From the NCBI GenBank assembly GCA_016218725.1, contig JACRDB010000098.1, positions 7,259-71,258 on the forward strand: 64,000 bases of DNA. Reading direction: 5' to 3'. This DNA comes from Deltaproteobacteria bacterium (GTDB lineage Bacteria > Myxococcota_A > Polyangia > Polyangiales > Ga0077539). The position numbers and the translations under genes are program-made. This document shows, one piece after another, positions 19,522 to 28,903 of the stretch (the stretch's first letter is position 1; the number at the start of each line of letters is the position of its first letter). The notes beneath the pieces were generated by a model. That model did not search any database and was not told the DNA's origin. It saw only the letters and a list, made by a program, of their open reading frames with translations.

Positions 19522-20556
19522 GTGAAGCGCGCCGCGGCAGTCACCCTCGCCGCGGCGCTCCAGGCCTGCGCCTCCACACCTCGGAGGACCGCGCCACACA
19601 GCACCCTACAGCCCCCTACCTCCACCGTGGAGGTGCTCCCTCCGCCCCCGGCGCCGCCTCCGCCCGCGCCGGAGCCGCCGCTCCCCGACGCGGTGGCCGC
19701 GGTGGGGGCCGCCGTGGGGGCGCTCCCGGAGGTCCACGGCGAGGCCCACGCGTGGCTCCCTTCAAGGCTCCTCGGGGTGCTGGCCGAGCGCTCCGGGGCG
19801 CTGCCGGTACCTTCCGCGCCCACGGAGGCGGGCGGGGTGACCCGCTGGGTGCTCCTGGGGGTGACCGGCACCGCGGTGAGCTCGCTCTCGGGGGCGTGTC
19901 CAGCCGTCACCGAGGCGCTCCCGCAGGTGGCGTGCGCCCTGGACGCGGTGGAGCTCCGGGGAGCCCGCCGCCCGAGGCTCGTACTGGCCTGGAGGGGCGC
20001 GGGGGTGCGGCCCTCGGCCACGGTGGCCCTGCCCCTGAGGGCCCTGGCCCGGGTGGGCCCGGGGGTTTGCCTGGTGAGCGCCCAGAGGGCTCTGCGCACG
20101 CTGGACCTGGTGCTCCGGGCGGACTCCACGGCGGCCCTGGGGAGGGCCCTGGCGATGCTCACGGCGGTGCCGGGGCTCTCGTCGGTGCTGGTGGCGCGCA
20201 CGGAGCCTCGCGGGGGGGGGCTGGAGGCGGTGCTCTCCTGGACGCTGGACCGCGCCGACCGGGACCGGGCCGAGCTCGAAGAAGACCCGTGGCCCGCGCG
20301 CTGCGACGGCGCGAGCGTCGTAGGCCAGGAGGCCGCGGCGGGGGCGCTGCCCGTGGTGGTCGGGCGCGTGGACGGCGCGCAGGCGCGCGGCGCGGTGGTG
20401 TCCCTGGCGCACCGGGAGTGGCTGGTGACCCTCGGGGACCGCGTGGGCACCTGGACCGTCGCGGGGCTCTCCGCCGCGGAGGTGACCGTGAGGGCCTCGC
20501 CGAGGGGCGTGCCCGAGGGGCGCCCGGTGCGCCTGCGGAGCGCGCGGCGACCTTGA
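19522..20556 (+). CDS. Hypothetical lipoprotein (C-terminal region PilP/GspC-like)
   Basis: Lipobox LQAC, Pro-rich linker, C-terminus WLVTLGDRVGTWTVAGLSAAEVTV. Confidence 0.6.
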   Translation: MKRAAAVTLAAALQACASTPRRTAPHSTLQPPTSTVEVLPPPPAPPPPAPEPPLPDAVAAVGAAVGALPEVHGEAHAWLPSRLLGVLAERSGALPVPSAPTEAGGVTRWVLLGVTGTAVSSLSGACPAVTEALPQVACALDAVELRGARRPRLVLAWRGAGVRPSATVALPLRALARVGPGVCLVSAQRALRTLDLVLRADSTAALGRALAMLTAVPGLSSVLVARTEPRGGGLEAVLSWTLDRADRDRAELEEDPWPARCDGASVVGQEAAAGALPVVVGRVDGAQARGAVVSLAHREWLVTLGDRVGTWTVAGLSAAEVTVRASPRGVPEGRPVRLRSARRP

Positions 20557-20589
20557 CCCCCTCGCGCGCGGCGCGTTACCACCGCGGGC

Positions 20590-21555
20590 GTGAAGGTGGT
20601 GCTCCTCGGCGCGGTCGCGTACCTCCTCCTGGTGGCGATCCTGGCGAGGAAGAAGCTCCCGGAGCTGCACCCCCGTCGCTTCTTCCTGGAGACCTGGCAG
20701 GCCGCCGAGCGCGAGGCCGCCCGCGCGCGGCTGGAGCGGCTCCAGCAGGGCCTGGGGTATGACTACCGCCCGCTGGTGGCGTACCTGCTCTGCGCGGTGG
20801 TGCTCACCTTCCAGGAGTACTTCGGCGACCGGACCACCTTCGCGATGCTGGCCAACCGGGGCTGGGTGCTGGAGTGGGGCGGCGGGCCCAACCGCCCGGC
20901 CACGCACCACCTGACGCTCCTCAAGCCCCTGGGGTGGCTGCACTCGGCGCGCTATGAAGAGCTCTACGCGCTGTACTACTGGTCGTTCACGCGCGCCTTC
21001 GGGTACCTGGTGGTGCCCGCCCTGGTGGTGATGCTCTTCTGGCGCCGGGACCGGGTGCTGGACTTCGGCTTGCGGGTGAAGGGCTTCCGCGACCACGCGT
21101 GGATCTACGCGCTGTTCTTCGGCATCGTGCTGATCGCCGTGGTGGCCGTGTCGCACACCTCGGAGTTCGCCAACTACTACCCGTTCTACCGCCAGGCCTC
21201 GCGCTCCTGGCGGGACTTCTTCGCCTGGGAGGCCGCGTACGCGGTGCAGTTCTTCACGCTGGAGTTCTTCTTCCGGGGCTTCCTGGTGTTCTCCGGCCGC
21301 GCGGCCATGGGCTCCGGCGTGGTCCTGGCCATGGTGGTGCCCTACTGCATGATTCACTTCGGCAAGCCCTGGGCCGAGGCCCTGGCGGCCATCCTGGCGG
21401 GCGTGGTGCTGGGCACCCTCGCGCTCAAGACCCGGAGCATCTGGTCGGGCTTCCTGATCCACGTCACCGTGGCCGTGAGCATGGACCTGGCGGCGCTCCT
21501 CCAGACGCAGGGCCTCCCCGGGGGCCTGAGGCTCCCGACCCGCTGGAATTTCTAG
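20590..21555 (+). CDS. CPBP (Abi/CAAX type II) intramembrane glutamic protease
   Basis: Multi-TM. LEFFFRG, YCMIHFGKP, SIWSGFLIHV motifs. Confidence 0.88.
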   Translation: MKVVLLGAVAYLLLVAILARKKLPELHPRRFFLETWQAAEREAARARLERLQQGLGYDYRPLVAYLLCAVVLTFQEYFGDRTTFAMLANRGWVLEWGGGPNRPATHHLTLLKPLGWLHSARYEELYALYYWSFTRAFGYLVVPALVVMLFWRRDRVLDFGLRVKGFRDHAWIYALFFGIVLIAVVAVSHTSEFANYYPFYRQASRSWRDFFAWEAAYAVQFFTLEFFFRGFLVFSGRAAMGSGVVLAMVVPYCMIHFGKPWAEALAAILAGVVLGTLALKTRSIWSGFLIHVTVAVSMDLAALLQTQGLPGGLRLPTRWNF

Positions 21556-21682
21556 CGGGCGTGAAGCCCCGGCACGGTCGTGGCACAGTGTGCGACACCC
21601 CACCCAAGGGAGCCCCCAAGGGGGCGCCTGGTATGCTCGCGCCTACCTCCAAAACCATGAGAGAGCGCCAGAGCTGCGGAGA

Positions 21683-22390
21683 TCATGGAATCGCGAGGCC
21701 GTACCTCGCGCCGAGGGAGCGCTCCAGCATGGCGAGCTCGGACGGAGGTAGGACGCGATCGTAGAGGAGCAACTCGGCGAGGCTTCCCGGAAGGGGATAG
21801 GACGGAGGGTAGAGGGAGCCGACCTGGTACTCCGTAGGCGTCGCTGGGAGCGGGTCGGTGTAGGTGGTGGTGGCCTTGGCAACGCCGTCCTGGCGGAGGG
21901 AGCGGCTGGCGGTGTCGTGGGTTCCCGCGAGGAGGTGGTACCCGCTGGTGTCGGAGAAGGCGTAGGTGACCTGGCTGGCGAGGGCGTTGGGGCTCCCGGT
22001 GAGCCGGAGCTTCATGGCGCTCGACTCCTGGAAGAGCGCCAGGCAGCGCGTCCCGCCCCCCGTCGTGGCCAGCTCAAGCACCCCGCCGCCGGAGGCCACC
22101 GAGGCGAACTTCACCACGGCGAGCACCGTGACCTCCGTGGAGACGCCGCCGACCGCGCCGGTCATGAGGTCGTTGACGCCATCGAACTGCACCACCGCGA
22201 GGCCCTGCACCGTCGCGGGCTGAAAGGTCGGGCGCTGGGTGGCCTCGGTCGCGTGGCCGTTGCAGCCCGAGAGGTCCGTCCAGCGCGCGACCGAGGCGCC
22301 CGCCGCGAGGCCGAGGGGGTCTGCGCTGAGCCAGAGACGGAGCCCCGGGCGAACGACGGAAACGACGGCGGAGGCGTGCAATACGGTCAT
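21683..22390 (-). CDS. LamG/concanavalin-like jelly-roll domain protein
   Basis: ATG22390 in ATGA overlap. LRLWLSAD...VARWTDLSG, VQFDGVND, GSLAELLLYDRVL...LGARYGL. Confidence 0.8.
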   Translation of the reverse strand: MTVLHASAVVSVVRPGLRLWLSADPLGLAAGASVARWTDLSGCNGHATEATQRPTFQPATVQGLAVVQFDGVNDLMTGAVGGVSTEVTVLAVVKFASVASGGGVLELATTGGGTRCLALFQESSAMKLRLTGSPNALASQVTYAFSDTSGYHLLAGTHDTASRSLRQDGVAKATTTYTDPLPATPTEYQVGSLYPPSYPLPGSLAELLLYDRVLPPSELAMLERSLGARYGLAIP

Positions 22391-24093
22391 GGTGGTCTCC
22401 TCTCGCGGTGCGTGGTGTCCCCGAGGGTGCGGACGCGCAGGGAGGTCGAGCCTGGTGGGTCCACGACGCCCTCGGGCGCCGCGTAGCGGTTGGCGACGCT
22501 GAACACCCGGAGCTCCCCGGGACCCACGAGGACCTGCCCCCCGCGGGGACCTCGCGCCGGGCTCGGCGGTCCCTCGGAGGGCAGGAAGCTGCACGCCCGC
22601 AGCACCAGGGTCTGCCTCGAAGTGGTCAACCACGCCACCGACGGCGGATCGGGCGTGGCCGCCTCGGCGCGGGAGGTGTTCCCATGCACCGAGGCGACGA
22701 GTTGGACGTCCATCCCTTCGAGGGAGAGGCCACCGACGCCGCGCAGGAGCTGCGGGCTGCGGGACTGGCAGGCCAGACCGAGGAGCGACGGGGGCGGCTC
22801 CGCAGCGGTCGTCGCGAGCAGCACGTCGGCACAAGGCGCCTCGACGCCGTCTTCCAGCGCCACGACGCCGCGGTTCTGGAAGGCGCAGCCACGCAGCTCC
22901 GTGCGACCCTGGAGGCACCGCACCAGCCCCGCGGCCACGCCGTTGAACGTACAGCCGCGGAGGGACACTCCCGCTCCCGGGAGCGCGCCGTGGACCAGCG
23001 AGGACACCTCCTCGTTCATGCCCTCGAAGGCGCAACCCTCGACGACCAGGGATGGCCGGGGCCCGGGCCCGAGGCGAGCGTCCAGGGTGGGGTCCGCGGT
23101 GAGGGCGAGGAGTGCACCGGTGGTGTTCCCAAGACCGCACTGCGCCATGCGAAACGAGGCCCTGGCGCCGTCGGGCCCGCCGCGAACGGACACCACGTGA
23201 GCGGCGATCCCGGCGCCGTCGAAGCCCACGTCCTCGAGGATCAGGGCGATGGAGGGCGCCACGTCGAGGAGGGCCTGACCGAAGGTCCCGGAGGCGCCGC
23301 GGAAGGTCTTCGGGAGGTCTCCGAGGGCCCGCCCTGGACGTCCCCGGACGCGGAGGGTGACGGTGGGAGGCGCCATGGTCCAACGGCTTCGGAGCGCCAC
23401 GGGCCACGCCAGGAGGTAGCTCCCTACGCACTCCACGGTGGTGGGCTCCCGCGCTGGATCGCGCAGCAGGGCCGCGCCCACCGCGGCGTCGAAGCACGCC
23501 TGCACGGCGTCGGCGTTGACCTCGGTGTCAGCTTCGCTGTCCGCTCCCCACCACTCCGGGAAGAGGGTGTCGGTGCTCTCTCCCACCTCGATGACGCCGA
23601 CGGCGTCTTCACGAAGAACGGGGTTCGCGCGGCGCTGGCGCTCCGTCGCCAAGGTGCCGAAGACGGGTCCCGGGCTCGCCAGGAGCGGTCCCTCAATGCG
23701 GAGCCGAGGCCGAGGAGCGGGGAGGAGATCCCGGAGGTTATCGAGCACCCCCGGGATCAGTCCTGGAACAGGCGCCCCGGGTGTGCTGTCCATGCTCGTC
23801 GGGATGGCGCCATCCACCACCAATAGCGCGCCAGGGGCGAAGCGCACGGCGACCATCCTCGGGATCACCATGGGCTCTGTGGCCATGCGCGCGTCGGGCC
23901 GCAGCACATAGACCCCAGGCTCGAAGTAGAGCGTCCCCCCGACAGTGCGAAGCGCGCCAGAGCCCATCAGGTCCAGTGCAAGGTCGCGCAAGAGTGAGGC
24001 CGGGAGCTCCCGAGGAGAGCCCGCGGGACCTGGACCTCGCCGCGCATCGAGCACCTCGCGGACATTGACGAACTCGTCGCCGAAGGTGCTCAT
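22387..24093 (-). CDS. Putative right-handed beta-helix protein (pectate-lyase-3/tailspike-like), paralogue B
   Basis: LYFEPGVY, FAPGALL, PEWWGA, DAVQACFDAA, repeated xxCxF strands. No signal peptide. Confidence 0.65.
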   Translation of the reverse strand: MSTFGDEFVNVREVLDARRGPGPAGSPRELPASLLRDLALDLMGSGALRTVGGTLYFEPGVYVLRPDARMATEPMVIPRMVAVRFAPGALLVVDGAIPTSMDSTPGAPVPGLIPGVLDNLRDLLPAPRPRLRIEGPLLASPGPVFGTLATERQRRANPVLREDAVGVIEVGESTDTLFPEWWGADSEADTEVNADAVQACFDAAVGAALLRDPAREPTTVECVGSYLLAWPVALRSRWTMAPPTVTLRVRGRPGRALGDLPKTFRGASGTFGQALLDVAPSIALILEDVGFDGAGIAAHVVSVRGGPDGARASFRMAQCGLGNTTGALLALTADPTLDARLGPGPRPSLVVEGCAFEGMNEEVSSLVHGALPGAGVSLRGCTFNGVAAGLVRCLQGRTELRGCAFQNRGVVALEDGVEAPCADVLLATTAAEPPPSLLGLACQSRSPQLLRGVGGLSLEGMDVQLVASVHGNTSRAEAATPDPPSVAWLTTSRQTLVLRACSFLPSEGPPSPARGPRGGQVLVGPGELRVFSVANRYAAPEGVVDPPGSTSLRVRTLGDTTHRERRPP

Positions 24094-24097
24094 CGGG

Positions 24098-25981
24098 TCA
24101 CCCGAACTCGACGAGGGAGAGCCCGGGGGCGAGCTCCTCGGCCCGCGCATTGCGAATGCCAAACAAGCGCCGCGGCCCCGCGGAGGTGCGGGTGCCGACG
24201 CTCACGACGCTGCCGATCGGGAGGTCCGGTCCCAGGAGCACCCGCGCGTCGGAGTCCAGGGTGCGCCCTCCGAGGCCCGCCCCGGCCTCCAGGAGACAGC
24301 CCTCCAGGAGGAGTTTGGCGTTGCGCCGGGCCGGGCCGTCCCACACGATCGCCGGGGGATACCGGGTCACCGTCGCCTCCTCGCCGGTCCCGCTGGCGAC
24401 CGGGGCGTGGTGGAGGTTGGTGAGCACGGTGTTGTAGTTGTTCCCGGTGCCGTCCTCATAGGTCGGCGTCAGCAGGAAGCGCCAGCTCTGGGACTCACAG
24501 TTCGTCGCCGTGAAGCCACCGGCGGCCTGGCGGGTCGGGAACGCAGCGCCAGGGAGGCGCTCGGGGATGAACCACTCCAGGAAAACGTCCGCGCCGTTGC
24601 CGAGCGGCTCGTCGTCGCTCTCGGGGAGGGCGCCATTGAACACACGCAGGGTGTGGAAGACGCAGGAAGTCAGCAGGAAGCTCCCACCGAAGGCGCGGAT
24701 CATGGCCCGCGCGGGGCCACCGAACGCACAGGAATCGAACTCCACGCCAAAGGACTGGTTCGCCCGAAAGACCACCCCATCCGCGAGGCGTGCGCGCTGC
24801 GAGGGTGACGCCCCCGCGCCAAAGGCGCTGCCGCCCGCGACGAAGTTGCACCCCTCGAAGCGCAGCCCGAAGAGGTCATGGCCGCCGCTCTCGGCCCCGA
24901 CGTCGCGGATATCGATCGCGGGCCGCTGGAGCGCGCCGGGCGTGAGGTCCGGGGGCGGAGGGCCCAACTGGACCAGGGCCCGCGTCGCGTGCCGGAAGGT
25001 GCAGCGCCGCAGCGCGTTCATCTGCGACGACCCGCCGCGGCTGTCCACCAGGAGGCAGCGCGAGGCCCGCGTATCCAGCTCGCCGGTCGGCGCCCCGGCG
25101 TCGAAGCTCGCATCCTGGATGGTGAAGCCGTAGCTGCCCCGGACGACCAGCATGGCCTCAGCGCCGGACGGGAAGGTGCTGCGGTTGTCCCAGAGGAAGG
25201 TCGCCTTGCCGCGTCCGCTGCTGCCCACGGGGGCTCCACCACGCAGGACGAAGCCCTCGGGGTTGCGCAGGCGGGGGTGCGACGGGTCCGTGTCCGGGTA
25301 CCGCGCCGAGGCCGGCGGACGCTCTCCGAGGTACAGCGGCGCGTTCAACAGATACGGTCCTTGGAGGACGATCGGGATCGTCGGGCGTTGGTGCGTGAAC
25401 ACTGCCTGTCGGAGCTCCGTCGCGCCGGGCGTCGCCGGGGGACCGAAGAAGCGGTGGTTGTGCGCCGCGTCGAAGCACGCCTGCAGCGCCGCAGTGTCCC
25501 GCGCCGCGTTCTGCACCACGCTCTCCGCCGCGCCCCACCACTCGGGGTACACGAAGGGAATCCGGCTACCCGTGATGAAGATGAAGCCAACCGCAGCGCC
25601 AGCAGTTGCTGCGGTGTCGAAGATGCGGCTCGGTCCGGACTCGATAGCACCCTCGATCTGAATAACGGCGGGACCAGATGAGTCGTTCGCAACTCGAAGG
25701 ACGGCTCCTGGAGAGAAAATCAGAGACACATTGGGCGGAACATACAGATCCGAAATGGCGACCACGGGAGGGGGTGATGGGCTCTCATCGGTACGACGGT
25801 TGACAACGTAGACGCCTGGCTCAAAATAGACAAATCCCCCACGACCTGAGAGGAAACGCACAATAGCCCGGAGCCTCGGCCCCGCCAGTCTCCCCACTGG
25901 CAGTGGCTCCAACTCGGGCCATGTCAGCCCCATAGGCGTGGGTTGGGCGATGTTTACAAACTCCTGGCCAAATGATCCCAT
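24098..25981 (-). CDS. Putative right-handed beta-helix protein (pectate-lyase-3/tailspike-like), paralogue A
   Basis: VYFEPGVY, FSPGAVL, PEWWGA, DTAALQACFDAA, repeated RCTF/GCNF/SCAF/SCVF. Colinear with 22387-24093. Confidence 0.7.
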   Translation of the reverse strand: MGSFGQEFVNIAQPTPMGLTWPELEPLPVGRLAGPRLRAIVRFLSGRGGFVYFEPGVYVVNRRTDESPSPPPVVAISDLYVPPNVSLIFSPGAVLRVANDSSGPAVIQIEGAIESGPSRIFDTAATAGAAVGFIFITGSRIPFVYPEWWGAAESVVQNAARDTAALQACFDAAHNHRFFGPPATPGATELRQAVFTHQRPTIPIVLQGPYLLNAPLYLGERPPASARYPDTDPSHPRLRNPEGFVLRGGAPVGSSGRGKATFLWDNRSTFPSGAEAMLVVRGSYGFTIQDASFDAGAPTGELDTRASRCLLVDSRGGSSQMNALRRCTFRHATRALVQLGPPPPDLTPGALQRPAIDIRDVGAESGGHDLFGLRFEGCNFVAGGSAFGAGASPSQRARLADGVVFRANQSFGVEFDSCAFGGPARAMIRAFGGSFLLTSCVFHTLRVFNGALPESDDEPLGNGADVFLEWFIPERLPGAAFPTRQAAGGFTATNCESQSWRFLLTPTYEDGTGNNYNTVLTNLHHAPVASGTGEEATVTRYPPAIVWDGPARRNAKLLLEGCLLEAGAGLGGRTLDSDARVLLGPDLPIGSVVSVGTRTSAGPRRLFGIRNARAEELAPGLSLVEFG

Positions 25982-27849
25982 GTGCGCGCTCCGACGATGA
26001 AAGGTGGCCGAAGCCGGCCTGGAAGAGTCCCAGGGTCCGTCAGGGCAAGGCCAGACCCGATTCGTCCAAGAGAGTCCATGCTGTCATTACGAAACACGAT
26101 ACTCTCTGTTATCGAGATCCCGGCAGCAGAACCTTGATAAACAATAACCATACCACCATACAGTGGAATTGACAGATCTAAACCCCCGCTCGGAAAACCG
26201 ACGACGAGATCATCGAAGCCATCCCCATTTGTGTCGCTTCCACCAGCAAGCGCCGTCCCGAAATCACAACACTCAGCGGGTGACCGATTCAACCTTGCCG
26301 ACCTCTCGGGCGCGACACCTGAACCAGAACCTGAAAAGATCACCACGGTTCCGCCATGCTCTCCTGGAAGGCGAGGGTGCGGGAGTTGGTTGGGCATCCC
26401 TAGCGCGAAATCTGCGAAACCGTCACCATCGAAGTCACCTGGGGAGGAGACCCGGTCACCGAACTGGTTGTCCGCTGGGAACATCGGAGACGGCAGGATG
26501 CTGATAACTTCTTGAAGTCCTTCCTCACGACTACCGAATCGAACTTCGGCCCCAGAGGAGGAACCACTTATGAGGTCTGCACTCCCGTCTCCGTTGACGT
26601 CTCCAATGCCGACTACGAACCCTCGAAACACTGGTCGGATCCTGCGATCTACCATCGGTCCAGATGGTCCGCCGCGCCAGAGTTGGAATTCACCATATGG
26701 GACGGCGATGTCAGCGTAGCCATCCTGATCGACGTCGCCAACGATAACCGGGCGAGGGCGAATGAAGGGTGGAGTAGGCGGGTCCACGATGCGAACAGTA
26801 GCTCCAATACCAACGGGCGCACCAAAAAGCAAAAACGACCCATTTTCGCTCAATGCGAGCGTGTCTGCGAAGCCATCACCATTGACGTCGCCGGTCGGAG
26901 AAGGCAGCGTGAATCGCTCCCGAAGGGTGGTCAGCCGCTCCAGGTGCGGACTGGAGTCAGGGTGCAAGCCTCGAATCAGGTAGACGAATGACTCTGCCTC
27001 AGGGGTCCGTCGGTAAGCTGCGCACAATGCATCTGGCGACCCATCTCCGTTTATGTCTCCTATCGTAACGAATGCTGTGGAGCCGAAATTATGGAATGGG
27101 CTCTCAATCATGCGAATATTGGTAGTCGCGGATACCCCTAGACCCCCGAGGATGACCGCGAGTTGATCAGGCCCCGGGACATTTGCTACGACGTCATCGT
27201 AGCCATCTCCGTTGAGATCATGGGAGGTCCCCCAGCTCGAATCCACCGGGGTGTCCCGTCGCCCAACGAAGAACTCCCAGGTGGCGCTGGTCCAGGTGAC
27301 GGCGCCGTCGCTCCCCAGGCCTCGCACGCGCCAGAAGACAACGCCCGGGGAGAAGCGCGCCTCGGACCTCCATGAGGTGCCTGCGACCTCCACGGCGCGG
27401 AGCATCCTGGAGCACGGGCGGTCGCGGCACAGCTCGACTCTCGCGCGTGAGACACCGTCGGGGAGCACCCACCGCAGCGTCGGCCGCTGCGAGGTCGTCC
27501 GCCCGCCGGACGCGGGTGTGAGGAGCCTTGGTGGTAGCCGACGGACCGACCCGTCGGTGGCGTCCGCCGAGGGCCGCGTGTCGGTGGCGGCGTCCACGCC
27601 GGTCTCCGTCCCGCCGTCCATGGCGGTACACACGCAGGACCCGTAGCGGAAGTCCTCGCCGCAGAGCTGGCTACCCGAGCGCCCGTCCGAGCAAGCACAC
27701 GAGACACTACGGCCCGGTGTACACCGCCCGGGGTCGCCGCTGTCGGCAGCGTCTTCGGGAGCGCCGTTGTCCGTGGGTGCTGTGCCGTTGCCGCTGGTGC
27801 AGCCCAGCGCGAGGGCCAGCCACGCCGTCAAGAGCCGCGCGCCCTTCAT
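25954..27849 (-). CDS. FG-GAP/VCBS repeat lipoprotein
   Basis: Lipobox ALGC, Cys-rich mini-domain, Ig-like PTLRW..FWRVRG module, seven D(I/V/L/F/T)(N/D)xDGxxD repeats. Confidence 0.88.
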   Translation of the reverse strand: MKGARLLTAWLALALGCTSGNGTAPTDNGAPEDAADSGDPGRCTPGRSVSCACSDGRSGSQLCGEDFRYGSCVCTAMDGGTETGVDAATDTRPSADATDGSVRRLPPRLLTPASGGRTTSQRPTLRWVLPDGVSRARVELCRDRPCSRMLRAVEVAGTSWRSEARFSPGVVFWRVRGLGSDGAVTWTSATWEFFVGRRDTPVDSSWGTSHDLNGDGYDDVVANVPGPDQLAVILGGLGVSATTNIRMIESPFHNFGSTAFVTIGDINGDGSPDALCAAYRRTPEAESFVYLIRGLHPDSSPHLERLTTLRERFTLPSPTGDVNGDGFADTLALSENGSFLLFGAPVGIGATVRIVDPPTPPFIRPRPVIVGDVDQDGYADIAVPYGEFQLWRGGPSGPMVDRRIRPVFRGFVVGIGDVNGDGSADLISGSSSGAEVRFGSREEGLQEVISILPSPMFPADNQFGDRVSSPGDFDGDGFADFALGMPNQLPHPRLPGEHGGTVVIFSGSGSGVAPERSARLNRSPAECCDFGTALAGGSDTNGDGFDDLVVGFPSGGLDLSIPLYGGMVIVYQGSAAGISITESIVFRNDSMDSLGRIGSGLALTDPGTLPGRLRPPFIVGARTWDHLARSL

Positions 27850-27886
27850 GGTGGCCAAGCGTAGCACGGCGCCGCGCCCGGCGCCG

Positions 27887-28294
27887 TCACGCCGAGCGGC
27901 GGCGCGCGATCCCGGTGAGGGTGAAGGTGAGGGTCGTGCTCACCTGCGCGGTGCTGACCGCCTTCCACCGGATGTACCGCAGGAGGGGCTTGTTGCCCGA
28001 GGATGCGAGCACCGCGTTCTTCACGCCGGTTCCCGAGATCGGGGCGAACTGCGTGGCCGGGGCGTTGGCCTCGTCCCAGGTCTCGTCCTCCACATCCTTC
28101 TGCATGCTGGTGATGAGGTACACGTTGCAGTTCTGCCCGCTGAAGCCGACGACGTTCAACTGGAGGTCGAGCTCCTCGTAGCCCGACACGTCCAGGGCCT
28201 GATCCAAGGGTTGCACCGCGGTGAAGGTCGCGGCGCCCGTGTTGGCGGTGGTCACCTTGATGGCGAACTCCGCGATCTTGATGAGGTCTCCCAT
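27887..28294 (-). CDS. Small hypothetical beta-sandwich-like protein
   Basis: GGAGG RBS, normal codon usage, clear paralogy with 28319-28711. Confidence 0.8.
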   Translation of the reverse strand: MGDLIKIAEFAIKVTTANTGAATFTAVQPLDQALDVSGYEELDLQLNVVGFSGQNCNVYLITSMQKDVEDETWDEANAPATQFAPISGTGVKNAVLASSGNKPLLRYIRWKAVSTAQVSTTLTFTLTGIARRRSA

Positions 28295-28318
28295 GGTTCG
28301 TCTGTCCTCCGCTGTCCC

Positions 28319-28711
28319 TCAGGCCCGCCCGAGGCCCGCCAGGACGAACTGCGCCGTGCGACCGCTCCCGCCCGTGAAGGCCCCCACCTTCCACCGGAGG
28401 TACCGCAGGAGCCCGTACCACGGACCGAGGGCGATCTTCTGCGGGTCGCCCCCCACCGAGGTCACCGCCGCGAAGCTGTAGAGCCTGATCCAGCCATCGT
28501 TGCTCTTCACCTACATCCCCGTCCAAAGCTCCACCGTCAGGCTCGGGATGGTACCCGTCAGGCTCACCACCTCCAGGAGCAGGTCGAGGTGGTTGTACCC
28601 CTGGATGTCCAGTGCCTGGTTCAGTGGCTGCCACAACACCCCGGACACCAACTGGCTCTCCTTTACCAGGATCGGACCCACCGGCAGTCGCAGCACCTCG
28701 GCCATCTCCAC
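28319..28711 (-). pseudogene. Paralogue of 27887-28294 interrupted by in-frame TAG (28511-28513): pseudogene or readthrough
   Basis: The two listed ORFs are contiguous and in frame. QPLNQALDIQGY..LDL and LLRYLRWK align with the paralogue, and TAG aligns with CAG. Confidence 0.8.
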
Positions 28712-28903
28712 GGGCTCCCTGAAGCACCACCCTGACCGTACAGCGACCGGTCGTCAAGGACAAGTTCTCCTTTTTTTTTGCGAACTTATGGAAATCAATG
28801 GGGATAATGTCGGTGGCGTCCCCGCGCCGTCCTCGAACGTCAGTCCGCCGCACCATGAGGGTCCACTACGCAACCTCGGTGGCCTCTGGCGCGATCACGG
28901 GGG

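Noticed and set aside
28511-28513. Pyrrolysine codon
   Set aside because: No pyl genes in the window, and the paralogue has Gln at this position.
21683-28711. Calling the module a prophage
   Set aside because: No terminase, capsid, portal, sheath, integrase or lysis genes are visible, so it is reported only as an unexplained module.
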